A stretch of DNA of 64,000 bases from Eledone cirrhosa (Eukaryota), in NCBI GenBank assembly GCA_964016885.1, contig OZ024744.1, positions 131,998,001 to 132,062,000 on the forward strand, read 5' to 3'. Below are positions 1 to 11,900 of the stretch, in pieces (the first letter of the stretch is position 1; each line of letters opens with the position of its first letter). A model generated the notes under the pieces. That model worked only from the letters and a program-made list of their open reading frames with translations. It was not told the DNA's origin and ran no database searches. The position numbers and the translations under genes were made by a program.

Positions 1-814
1 TTGGGGTTAAGTTAAGTTGGGGTTAAGTTAAGTTGAGGTTAAGTTAACTTGGGGTTAAGTTAAGTTGGGGTTAAGTTAAGTTGGGGTTGAGTTAAGTTGG
101 GGTTGAGTTAAGTTGGGGTTAAGTTAAGTTGGGGTTAAGTTAAGTTGGGGTTAAGTTAAGTTGGGGTTAATTTAAGTTCGGGTTAAGTTAAGTTCGGGGT
201 AAGCTAAGTTGGGGTTAAGTTAAATCGGGTCTAAGTTAAGTGGGAGGTTAAGTTAAGTTGGGGTTGAGTTAAGTTGTGGTTAAGTTAACTTGGGGTTAAG
301 TTAAGTTTGAGTTAAGTTGGGGTTAAGTTGGGGTTAAGTTAAGTTGGGGTTAAGTTACGTTGGGGTTAAGTTAAGTTGGGGTTAAGTTGAGGTTAAGTTA
401 AGTTGTGGTTAAGTTAAGTTGGGGCTAAGTTAAGTTGGGGCTAAGTTAAGTTGGGGTTAAGTTAAGTTGGGGTTAATTTAAGTTGGGGTTAGGTTAAGTT
501 GGGGATAATTTAAGTTGGGGATAAGTTAAGTTGGGGTTAAGTTAAGTTGGGTTTAAGTTAAGCTGGGGTTAAGTTAAGTTGGGGTTAAATTAAGTTGGGG
601 TTAAGTTAAGTTTGGGTTAGGTTAAGTTGGGGATAAGTTAAGTTGGGGATAAGTTAAGTTGGGGTTAAGTTAAGTTGGGTTTAAGTTAAGTTGGGGTTAA
701 GTTAAGTTGGGGTTAAGTTAAGTTGGGGTTAAGTTAAGTTGCGGTTAGTTAAGTTGAGTTTAAGTTAATTTAAGTTGGGGTTAAGTTAAGTTGGGGTTAG
801 GTTAAGTTGGGGTT

Positions 815-1046
815 AACACCAACTTAACTTAACCCCAACTTAACATAACCCCAACTTCACTCAACCCCAACTTAACTTAACCCCAACTTCACTCAACCCC
901 AACTTAACTCAACCCCAACTTAACTTAACCCCAACTTAACTTAACCCCAACTTAACTTAACCCTAACTTAACTTAACCCCGACTTAACGTAAGCCCGACT
1001 TAACTTAACCCCAACTTAACTTACCCCCAACTTAACTTAACCCCAA
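815..1046 (-). repeat. Inverted satellite block I1
   Basis: C-rich AACCCCAACTTAACTT units; left junction ggggttaacacc (1 mismatch to the palindrome), right junction ccccaa-agtcggag. Confidence 0.95.
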
Positions 1047-1859
1047 AGTCGGAGTTAAGTTGGGGTTAAGTTAAGTGGTGGTTATGTTAAGTTGGGGTTA
1101 AGTTAAGTTGGGGTTAAATTAAGTTGGGGTTAAGTTAAGTTGGGTGTAAGTTAAGTTGGGGTTGAGTGAAGTTGGGGTTCAGTTAAGTTGGGGTTAAGTA
1201 GAGTTGGGGTAAGTTAAGTTGGGGTTAAGTTAAGTTGGTGTTAAGTTGGGGTTAAGTTAAGTTGGGGTTAAGTTAAGTTGGGGTTGAGTGAAGTTGGGGT
1301 TAAGTTAAGTTGGGGTTAAATTAAGTTGGGGTTAACTTAAGTTGGGTTTAAGTTAAGTTGCGGTTAAGTTAAGTTGGGGTTAAGTTAAGTTGGGGTTAAG
1401 TTAAGTCGGGGTTAAGTGAAGTTGGGGTTGAGTTAAGTTGGGGTTATTTTAAGTTGAGGTTATGTTAAGTTGGGGTTAATTTAAGTTGGGGTTAAGTTAA
1501 GTTGGGGTTAATTTAAGTTGGGGTTAAGTTCAGTTGGGGTTAATTTAAGTTGGGGTTAAGTTAAGTTGGGTTTAAGTTAAGTTGGGGTTAAGTTAAGTTG
1601 GGGTTAAGTTAAGTTGAGTTTAAGTTAAGTTGGGGCTAAGTTAAGTTGGGTCTAATTTGAGTTGGGGTTAAGTTAAGTTGGGGTTAAGTTAAGTTGAGGT
1701 TAAATTAAGTTGGGGTTAATTAAGTTGGGGTTAAGTTAAGTTGGGGTTAAGTTAAGTTGAGGTTAAGTTAACTTGGGGTTAAGTTAAGTTGGGGTTAAGT
1801 TAAGTTGGGGTTGAGTTAAGTTGGGGTTAAGTTAAGTTGGGGTTAGTTTAAGTGGGGTT

Positions 1860-2059
1860 AACCCCAACTTAACTTAACCCCAACTTAACTTAACCCCAAC
1901 TTCACTCAACCCCAACTTAACTTAACCCCAACTTCACTCAACCCCAACTTAACTCAACCCCAACTTAACTTAACCCTAACTTAACTTAACCCCGACTTAA
2001 CTTAAGCCCGACTTAACTTAACCCCAACTTAACTTACCCCCAACTTAACTTAACCCCAA
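1860..2059 (-). repeat. Inverted satellite block I2
   Basis: ggggttaacccc left junction, ccccaa-agtcggag right junction. Confidence 0.95.
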
Positions 2060-3584
2060 AGTCGGAGTTAAGTTCGGGTTAAGTTAAGTTGGGGTTAAGT
2101 TAAGTGGTGGTTATGTTAAGTTGGGGTTAAGTTAAGTTGGGGTTAAATTAAGTTGGGGTTAAGTTAAGTTGGGTGTAAGTTAAGTTGGGGTTGAGTGAAG
2201 TTGGGTTTAAGTTAAGTTGGGGTTAAGTAGAGTTGGGGTTAAGTTAAGTTGGGGTTAAGTTAAGTTGGTGTTAAGTTGGGGTTAAGTTAAGTTGGGGTTA
2301 AGTTAAGTTGGGGTTGAGTGAAGTTGGGGTTAAGTTAAGTTGGGGTTAAATTAAGTTGGGGTTAACTTAAGTTGGGTTTAAGTTAAGTTGCGGTTAAGTT
2401 AAGTTGGGGTTAAGTTAAGTTGGGGTTAAGTTAAGTCGGGGTTAAGTTAAGTTGGGGTTGAGTTAAGTTGGGGTTATTTTAAGTTGAGGTTATGTTAAGT
2501 TGGGGTTAATTAAAGTTGGGGTTAAGTTAAGTTGGGGTTAATTTAAGTTGGGGTTAAGTTCAGTTGGGGTTAATTTAAGTTGGGGTTAAGTTAAGTTGGG
2601 TTTAAGTTAAGTTGGGGTTAAGTTAAGTTGGGGTTAAGTTAAGTTGGGTTTAAGTTAAGTTGGGGCTAAGTTAAGTTGGGTCTAATTTGAGTTGGGGTTA
2701 AGTTAAGTTGGGGTTAAGTTAAGTTGAGGTTAAATTAAGTTGGGGTTAATTAAGTTGGGGTTAAGTTAAGTTGGGGTTAAGTTAAGTTGAGGTTAAGTTA
2801 ACTTGGGGTTAAGTTAAGTTGGGGTTAAGTTAAGTTGGGGTTGAGTTAAGTTGGGGTTGAGTTAAGTTGGGGTTAAGTTAAGTTGGGGTTACGTTAAGTT
2901 GGTGTTAAGTTAAGTTGGGGTTAATTTAAGTTCGGGTTAAGTTAAGTTCGGGGTAAGCTAAGTTGGGGTTAAGTTAAATCGGGTCTAAGTTAAGTGGGAG
3001 GTTAAGTTAAGTTGGGGTTGAGTTAAGTTGTGGTTAAGTTAACTTGGGGTTAAGTTAAGTTAAGTTTGAGTTAAGTTGGGGTTAAGTTGGGGTTAAGTTA
3101 AGTTGGGGTTAAGTTACGTTGGGGTTAAGTTAAGTTGGGGTTAAGTTGAGGTTAAGTTAAGTTGTGGTTAAGTTAAGTTGGGGCTAAGTTAAGTTGGGGC
3201 TAAGTTAAGTTGGGGTTAAGTTAAGTTGGGGTTAATTTAAGTTGGGGTTAGGTTAAGTTGGGGATAAGTTAAGTTGGGGATAAGTTAAGTTGGGGTTAAG
3301 TTAAGTTGGGTTTAAGTTAAGCTGGGGTTGAGTTAAGTTGGGGTTAAATTAAGTTGGGGTTAAGTTAAGTTTGGGTTAGGTTAAGTTGGGGATAAGTTAA
3401 GTTGGGGATAAGTTAAGTTGGGGTTAAGTTAAGTTGGGTTTAAGTTAAGTTGGGGTTAAGTTAAGTTGGGGTTAAGTTAAGTTGGGGTTAAGTTAAGTTG
3501 CGGTTAGTTAAGTTGAGTTTAAGTTAAGTTGGGGTTAATTTAAGTTGGGGTTAAGTTAAGTTGGGGTTAGGTTAAGTTGGGGTT

Positions 3585-3816
3585 AACCCCAACTTAACTT
3601 AACCCCAACTTAACATAACCCCAACTTCACTCAACCCCAACTTAACTTAACCCCAACTTCACTCAACCCCAACTTAACTCAACCCCAACTTAACTTAACC
3701 CCAACTTAACTTAACCCCAACTTAACTTAACCCTAACTTAACTTAACCCCGACTTAACGTAAGCCCGACTTAACTTAACCCCAACTTAACTTACCCCCAA
3801 CTTAACTTAACCCCAA
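3585..3816 (-). repeat. Inverted satellite block I3 (copy of I1)
   Basis: Same junctions; shares aacataacc and aacgtaagcccgac variants with I1. Confidence 0.95.
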
Positions 3817-4753
3817 AGTCGGAGTTAAGTTGGGGTTAAGTTAAGTTGGGGTTAAGTTAAGTGGTGGTTATGTTAAGTTGGGGTTAAGTTAAGTTGGGGT
3901 TAAATTAAGTTGGGGTTAAGTTAAGTTGGGGTTAAGTTAAGTTGGGGTTGAGTTAAGTTGGGGTTGAGTGAAGTTGGGGTTAAGTTAAGTTGGGGTTGAG
4001 TGAAGTTAAGTTTGAGTTAAGTTGGGGTTAAGTTGGGGTTAAGTTACGTTGGGGTTAAGTTAAGTTGGGGTTAAGTTGAGGTTAAGTTAAGTTGTGGTTA
4101 AGTTAAGTTGGGGCTAAGTTAAGTTGGGGCTAAGTTAAGTTGGGGTTAAGTTAAGTTGGGGTTAATTTAAGTTGGGGTTAGGTTAAGTTGGGGATAAGTT
4201 AAGTTGGGGATAAGTTAAGTTGGGGTTAAGTTAAGTTGCGTTTAAGTTAAGCTGGGGTTAAGTTAAGTTGGGGTTAAATTAAGTTGGGGTTAAGTTAAGT
4301 TTGGGTTAGGTTAAGTTGGGGATAAGTTAAGTTGGGGATAAGTTAAGTTGGGGTTAAGTTAAGTTGGGTTTAAGTTAAGTTGGGGTTAAGTTAAGTTGGG
4401 GTTAAGTTAAGTTGGGGTTAAGTTAAGTTGCGGTTAGTTAAGTTGAGTTTAAGTTAAGTTGGGGTTAATTTAAGTTGGGGTTAAGTTAAGTTGGGGTTCA
4501 GTTAAGTTGGGGCTAAGTCAAGTTGGGGTTAAGTTAAGTTGTGGTTAAGTTAAGTTGGGGTTAGGTTAAGTTGGGGATAAATTAAGTTGGGGATAAGCTA
4601 AGTTGGGGTTAAGTTAAGTTGGGTTTAAGTTAAGTTGGGGTTAAGTTAAGTTGGGGTTAAATTAAGTTGGGGTTAAGTTAAGCTGGGGTTAAATTAAGTT
4701 GGGGTTATGTTAAGTTGGGGTTAAGTTAAGTTGGGGTTAGTTTAAGTGGGGTT

Positions 4754-5050
4754 AACCCCAACTTAACTTAACCCCAACTTAACTTAACCCCAACTTCACT
4801 CAACCCCAACTTAAATTAACCCCAACTTAACTTAACCCTGACTTAACTTAACCCCGACTTAATTTAACCCCGACTTAACTTAACCCCAACTTAACTTAAA
4901 CCCCAACTTAACTTAACCCCAACTTAACTTAACACCAACTTGACTTAACCCCAACTTAACTCACACCCAACTTAACTTACCCCCAACTTAACTTAACCAC
5001 AACTTGACGTAAACCCAACTTAACTTAACCCCAACTTAACTTAACCCCAA
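4754..5050 (-). repeat. Inverted satellite block I4
   Basis: Same junctions; ccctgact and ttgacgtaaaccc variants. Confidence 0.95.
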
Positions 5051-5709
5051 AGTCGGAGTTCAGTTAAGTTGGGGTTCAGTTAAGTTAGGCTTAACTTAAG
5101 TTGGGGTTAAGTTAAGTTGGGGGTAAGTTAAGTTGGGGGTAAGTTAAGTTGGGGTTAAGTTAAGTTAGGGTTAAGTTGGGGTTAAGTTAAGTTAGGGTTA
5201 AGTTAAGTTGGGGTTGAGTTAAGTTGGGGTTAAGTTAAGTGGTGGTTATGTTAAGTTGGGGTTAAGTTAAGTTGGGGTTAAATTAAGTGGGGTTAACTTA
5301 AGTTGGGTGTAAGTTAAGTTGGGGTTGAGTGAAGTTGGGGTTAAGTTAAGTTGGGGTTAAGTTAAGTTAGGGTTAATTTAAGTTGGGGTTATGTTAAGTT
5401 GGTGTTAAGTTAAGTTGGGGTTAAGTCGAGTTGGGGTTAAGTTAAGTTGGGGTTAAGTTAAATTGGTGTTAAGTTAAGTTGGGGTTAAGTTAAGTTGGGG
5501 TTAGTTAAGTTGAGTTTAAGTTAAGTTGGGGTTAATTTAAGTTGGGGTTAAGTTAAGTTGGGGTTCAGTTAAGTTGGGGTTAAGTTAAGTTGGGGTTGAG
5601 TTAAGTTGTGGTTAAGTTAAGTTGGGGTTAGGTTAAGTTAGGGTTAAGTTAAGCTGGGGTTAAATTAAGTTGGGGTTAAGTTAAGTTGGGGTTAGGTTAA
5701 GTTGGGGTT

Positions 5710-6054
5710 AACCCCAACTTAACTTAACCCCAACTTAACTTAACCCCAACTTCACTCAACCCCAACTTAACTTAACCCCAACTTCACTCAACCCCAACTT
5801 AACTCAACCCCAACTTAACTTAACCCCAACTTAACTTAACCCTAACTTAACTTAACCCCGACTTAAACTTAACCCCGACTTAACTTAACCCCAACTTAAC
5901 TTAACCCCAACTTAACTTAACCCCAACTTAACTTAATCCCAACTTGACTTAACCCCAACTTAACTCACACCCAACTTAACTTACCCCCAACTTAACTTAA
6001 CCACAACTTGACGTAAACCCAACTTAACTTAACCCCAACTTAACTTAACCCCAA
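5710..6054 (-). repeat. Inverted satellite block I5
   Basis: Same junctions; cttaaactt and ttaatccc variants. Confidence 0.95.
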
Positions 6055-8726
6055 AGTCGGAGTTAGGTTAAGTTGGGGTTAAGTTAAGTTAGGCTTAACT
6101 TAAGTTGGGGTTAAGTTAAGTTGGGGGTAAGTTAAGTTGGGGGTAAGTTAAGTTGGGGTTAAGTTAAGTTGGGGTTAAGATAAGTGGTGGTTATGTTAAG
6201 TTGAGGTTAAGTTAAGTTAGGGTTAAATTAAGTTGGGGTTAAGTTAAGTTGGGTGTAAGTTAAGTTGGGGTTGAGTGAAGTTGGGGTTAAGTTAAGTTGG
6301 GGTTAAGTAGAGTTGGGGTTAAGTTAAGTTGGGGTTAAGTTAAGTTGGTGTTAAGTTGGGGTTAAGTTAAGTTGGGGTTAAGTTGGGGTTAAGTTAAGTG
6401 GTGGTTATGTTAAGTTGGGGTTAACTTAAGTCGGGGTTAATTTAAATTGGGGTTAAGTTAACTTTGTGGTTAAGTTAAGTTGGGGTTAAGTTAAGTTGGG
6501 GTTAAATTAAGTTGGGGTTGAGTGAAGTTGGGGTTAAGTTAAGTTGGGGTTAACTTAAGTTGGGTTTAAGTTAAGTTGCGGTTAAGTTAAGTTGGGGTTA
6601 AGTTAAGTTGGGGTTAAGTTAAGTCGGGGTTAATTTAAGTTGGGGTTGAGTTAAGTTGAGGTTAATTTAAGTTGAGGTTATGTTAAGTTGGGGTTAATTT
6701 AAGTTGGGGTTAAGTTAAATTGGGGTTAAGTTAAGTTGGGGTTAATTTAAGTTGGGATTAAGTTCAGTTGGGGTTAAATTAAGTTGGGGTTAAGTTAAGC
6801 TGGGGTTAAATTAAGTTGGGGTTAAGTTAAGTTGGGGTTAAGTTAAGTTGGGGTTAAGTTAAGTTAGGGTTAATTTAAGTTGGGGTTATGTTAAGTTGGG
6901 GTTAAGTTAAGTTGGGGTTAAGTCGAGTTGGGGTTAAGTTAAGTTGGGGTTAGTTAAGTTGAGTTTAAGTTAAGTTGGGGTTAATTTAAGTTGGGGTTAA
7001 GTTAAGTTGGGGTTCAGTTAAGTTGGGGTTAAGTTAAGTTGGGGTTAAGTTAAGTTGGTTTAAGTTAAGTTGGGGTTAGGTTAAGTTGGGGATAAGTTAA
7101 GTTGGGGATAAGCTAAGTTGGGGTTAAGTTAAGTTGGGTTTAAGTTAAGTTGGGGTTAAGTTAAGTTAGGCTTAACTTAAGTTGGGGTTAAGTTAAGTTG
7201 GGGGTAAATTAAGTTGGGGGTAAGTTAAGTTGGGGTTAAGTTAAGTTGGGTTTAAGTTAAGTGGTGGTTATGTTAAGTTGGGGTTAAGTTAAGTTGGGGT
7301 TAAATTAAGTTGGGGTTAAGTTATGTTGGGTGTAAGTTAAGTTGGGGTTGAGTGAAGTTGGGGTTAAGTTAAGTTGGGGTTAAGTTAAGTTAGGGTTAAT
7401 TTAAGTTGGGGTTATGTTAAGTTGGGGTTAAGTTAAGTTGGGGTTAAGTAGAGTTGGGGTTAAGTTAAGTTGGGGTTAAGTTAAGTTGGTGTTAAGTTGG
7501 GGTTAAGTTAAGTTGGGGTTAAGTTAAGTCGGGGTTAAGTTAAGTTGGGGTTGAGTTAAGTTGGGGTTAATTTAAGTTGAGGTTATGTTAAGTTGGGGTT
7601 AATTTAAGTTGGGGTTAATTTAAGTTGGGGTTAAGTTAAGTTGGGGTTAAGTTGAGGTTAAGTTAAGTTGTGGTTAAGTTAAGTTGGGGCTAAGTTAAGT
7701 TGGGGCTAAGTTAAGTTGGGGCTAAGTTAAGTTGGGGTTAAGTTAAGTTGGGGTTAAGTTAAGTTGGGTTTAATTTAAGTTGGGGTCGACTTAAGTTGGG
7801 GTTAAGTTGAGTTGGGGTTAAATTAAGTTGGGGTTAATTTAAGTTGGGGCTAAGTTAAGTTGGGGCTGAGTTAAGTTGGGGTTAAGTTAAGTTGGGGTTA
7901 AGTTAAGTTGGGGTTAAGTTAATTTTGGGTTAAGTTAAGTTGTGGTTCAGTTAAGTTGGGGTTAAGTTAAGTTTGGGTTAATTTGGGGTTAAATTAAGTT
8001 GGGGTTAAGTTAAGTTGGGGTTAAGTTAAGTTGGGGTTAAGTTAAGTTGGGGATAATTTAAGTTGGGGTTAAGTTAAGTCGGGGTTAAGTTAAGTCGGTG
8101 TTAAGTTAAGTTAGGGTTAAGTTAAGTTGGGGTTAAGTTAAGTTGGCTTTAAGTTAAGCTGGGGTTAAGTTAAGTTGGGGTTAAATTAAGTTTTGGTTAA
8201 GTTAAGTTGGGGTTAGGTTAAGTTTGGGTTAGGTTAAGTTGGGGTTAAATTAAGTTGGGGTTAAGTTAAGTTGGGGTTAAGGTAAGTTGGGGTTAGGTTA
8301 AGTTGGGGATAAGTTAAGTTGGGGATAATTTAAGTTGGGGTTAAGTTAAGTTGGGTTTAAGTTAAGTTGTGGTTAAGTTAAGTTGGGGTTAAGTTAAGTT
8401 GGGGGTTAAGTTAAGTTGGGGTTAGTTAAGTTTAGTTTAAGTTAAGTTGGGGTTAATTTAAGTTGGGGTTAAGTTAAGTTGGGGTTCAGTTAAGTTGGGG
8501 ATAAGTCAAGTTGGGGTTAAGTTAAGTTGGGGTTAAGTTAAGTTGGGGTTAGGTTAAGTTGGGGATAAGTTAAGTTGGGGATAAGCTAAGTTGGGGTTAA
8601 GTTAAGTTGGGTTTAAGTTAAGTTGGGGTTAAGTTAAGTTGGGGTTAAATTAAGTTGGAGATAAGTTAAGCTGGGGTTAAATTAAGTTGGGGTTAAGTTA
8701 AGTTGGGGTTAGGTTAAGTTGGGGTT

Positions 8727-8990
8727 AACCCCAACTTAACTTAACCCCAACTTAACTTAGCCCCAACTTCACTCAACCCCAACTTAACTTAACCCCAACT
8801 TAAGTTAACCCCAACTTAACTTAACCCTAACTTAACTTAACCCCGACTTAACTTAACCCCGACTTAACTTAACCCCAACTTAACTTAACCCCAACTTAAC
8901 TTAACCCCAACTTAACTTAATCCCAACTTGACTTAACCCCAACTTAACTCACACCCAACTTAACTTACCCCCAACTTAACTTAACCCCAA
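8727..8990 (-). repeat. Inverted satellite block I6
   Basis: ggggttaacccc left junction; right junction variant ccccaa-aatcggagttacg. Confidence 0.95.
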
Positions 8991-11900
8991 AATCGGAGTT
9001 ACGTTAAGTTGGGGTTAAGTTAAGTTAGGCTTAACTTAAGTTGGGCTTAAGTTAAGTTGGGGGTAAGTTAAGTTGGGGGTAAGTTAAGTTGGGGTTAATT
9101 TAAGTTGGGGTTAAGTTAAGTGGTGGTTATGTTAAGTTGGGGTTAAGTTAAGTTGGGGTTAAATTAAGTTGGGGTTAAGTTAAGTTGGGTGTAAGTTAAG
9201 TTGGGGTTGAGTGAAGTTGGGGTTAAGTTAAGTTGGGGTTAAGTAGAGTTGGGGTTAAGTTAATTGGGGTTAAGTTGGTGTTAAGTTGGGGTTAAGTTAA
9301 GTTGGGGTTAAGTTGGGGTTAAGTTAAGTGGTGGTTATGTTAAGTTGGGGTTAACTTAAGTTGGGGTTAATTTAAATTGGGGTTAAGTTAACTTTGTGGT
9401 TAAGTTAAGTTGGGGTTAAGTTAAGTTGGGGTTAAGTTAAGTTGGGGTTGAGGGAAGTTGGGGTTAAGTTAAGTTGGGGTTAACTTAAGTTGGGTTTAAG
9501 TTAAGTTGCGGTTAAGTTAAGTTGGGGTTAAGTTAAGTTGGGGTTAAGTTAAGTCGGGGTTAAGTTAAGTTGGGGTTGAGTTAAGTTGGGGTTAATTTAA
9601 GTTGAGGTTATGTTAAGTTGGGGTTAATTTAAGTTGGGGTTAAGTTAAGTTGGGGTTAAGTTAAGTTGGGGTTAATTTAAGTTGGGGTTAAGTTCAGTTG
9701 GGGTTAATTTAAGTTGGGGTTAAGTTAAGTTGGGTTTAAGTTAAGTTGGGGTTAAATTAAGTTGGGGTTAAATTAAGTTGGGGTTAAGTTAAGTTGGGGT
9801 TAGGTTAAGTTGGGGATAAGTTAAGTTGGGGATAAGCTAAGTTGGGGTTAAGTTAAGTTGGGTTTAAGTTAAGTTGGGGTTAAGTTAAGTCGGGGTTATG
9901 TTAAGTCGGTGTTAAGTTAAGTTAGGGTTAAGTTAAGTTGGGGTTAAGTTAAGTTGGGGTTGAGTTAAGTTGGGGTTGAGTTAAATTGGGGTTGAGTTAA
10001 TTTGGGGTTAAGTTAAGTTGGGGTTAAGTTAAGTTGGGGTTGAGTTAAGTTGGGGCTACTTCAAGTTGGGGCTAAGTTAAGTTGGGGCTGAGTTAAGTTG
10101 GGTGTACGTTAAGTTGGGGTTAAGTTAAGTTGGGGTTAAGTAGAGTTGGGGTTAATTTAAGTTGGGGTTAAGTTAAGTTGGTGTTAAGTTGGGGTTAATT
10201 TAAGTGGTGGTTATGTTAAGTTCGGGTTAAGTTAAGTTGGGGTTAATTTAAATTGGGGTTAAGTTAACTTTGTGGTTAAGTTAAGTTGGAGTTAAGTTAA
10301 GTTGGAGTTAAGTTAAGTTGGGGTTGAGTGAAGTTGGGGTTAAGTTAAGTTGGGGTTAACTTAAGTTGGGTTTGAGTTAAGTTGGGGTTAAGTTAAGTTG
10401 GGGTTTAATTAAGTTGGGGTTGAGTTAAGTTGGGGTTGACTTAAGTTGGGCTTAAGTTAAGTTGGGGTTAAGTTAAGATGTGGTTAAGTTAAGTTGGGGT
10501 TAAGTTAAATTGGGGTTAAATTAAGTTGGGGTTAAGTTAAGTTGGGGGTAAGGTAGGTTGGTGGTAAGTTAAGTTGGGGGTAAGTTAAGATGGGGCTAAG
10601 TTAAGTTGGGGTTAAGTTAATTTGGGGTTAAGTTAAGTTAGGGTTAAGTTAAGTTGGGGTTGACTTATGTTGGGGTTAAGTTAAGTTGGGGTTATGTTAA
10701 GTTGGGTTTAAGTTAAGTTGGGGTTAAGTTAAGTTGGGGTTAAGTTAAGTTGCGGTTAAGTTAAGTTGGGGTTAAGTTAAGTTGGGGTTAAGTTAAGTTG
10801 GGGTTAAGTTAAGTTGGGGTTAAGTTAAGTTGGGGTTAATTTAAGTTGGGGTTAAATTAAGTTGGGGTTAATTTAAGTTGGGGGTTAAGATAAGTTGGGG
10901 TTAAGTTAAGTTGGGGTTAAATTAAGTTGGGGTTAAGTTAAGTTGGGGTTAATTTAAGTTGGGGTTAAGTTAAGTTGGGGTTGAGTTAAGTTGGGGGTAA
11001 GTTAAGTTGGGGGTAAGTTAAGTTGGGTGTAAGTTAAGATGGGGTTAAGTTAAGTTGGGGTTAAGTTATTTTGGGGTTAAGTTAAGTTGGGGGTAAGTTA
11101 AGTTGGTGATAAGTTAAGTTGGGGGTAAGTTAAGTTGGGGTTAAGTTAAGTTGGGTTAAGTTGGGGTTAAGTTAAGTTAGGGTTAAGTTAAGTTGGGGTT
11201 GAGTTAAGTTGGGGTTAAGTTAAGAGGTGGTTATGTTCAGTTGGGGTTAAGTTAAGTTGGGGTTAAGTTAAGTTGGGGTTAAGTTAAGTTGGGGTTAAGA
11301 TAAGTTGGGGTTAAGTTAAGTTGGGGTTGAGTTAAGTTGGGGTTGAGTTAATTTGGGGTTAAGTTAAGTTGGGGTTAACTTAATTTGGGTTTAATTTAAG
11401 TTGGGGTTAAGTTAAGTTGGGGTTAAATTAAGTTGGGATTAAGTTAAGTTGGGTGTACGTTAAGTTGGGGTTGACTGAAGTTGGGGTTAAGTTAAGTTGG
11501 GGTTAAGTAGAGTTGGGGTTAATTTAAGTTGGGGTTAAGTTAAGTTGGTGTTAAGTTGGGGTTAAGTTAAGTTGGGGTTAAGTTGGGGTTAAGTTAAGTG
11601 GTGGTTATGTTAAGTTGGGGTTAAGTTAAGTTGGGGTTAATTTAAATTGGGGTTAAGTTAACTTTGTGGTTAAGTTAAGTTGGAGTTAAGTTAAGTTGGG
11701 GTTAAGTTAAGTTGGGGTTGAGTGAAGTTGGGGTTAATTTAAGTTGGGGTTCAGTTAAGTTGGGGTTAAGTTAAGTTGGGGTTGAGTTAAGTTGGGGTTA
11801 ATTTAAGTTGAGGTTATTTTAAGTTGGGGTTAAGTTAAGTTGGGGTTAAGTTAAGTTGGGGTTAAGTTAAGTTGGGGTTAAGTTAAGTTGGGGTTAAGTT

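Noticed and set aside
5085-5090. Nematode telomere hexamer TTAGGC in aagttaggcttaacttaag
   Set aside because: Single non-tandem copy explained by point changes in one monomer and spread by duplication; no taxonomic inference is justified
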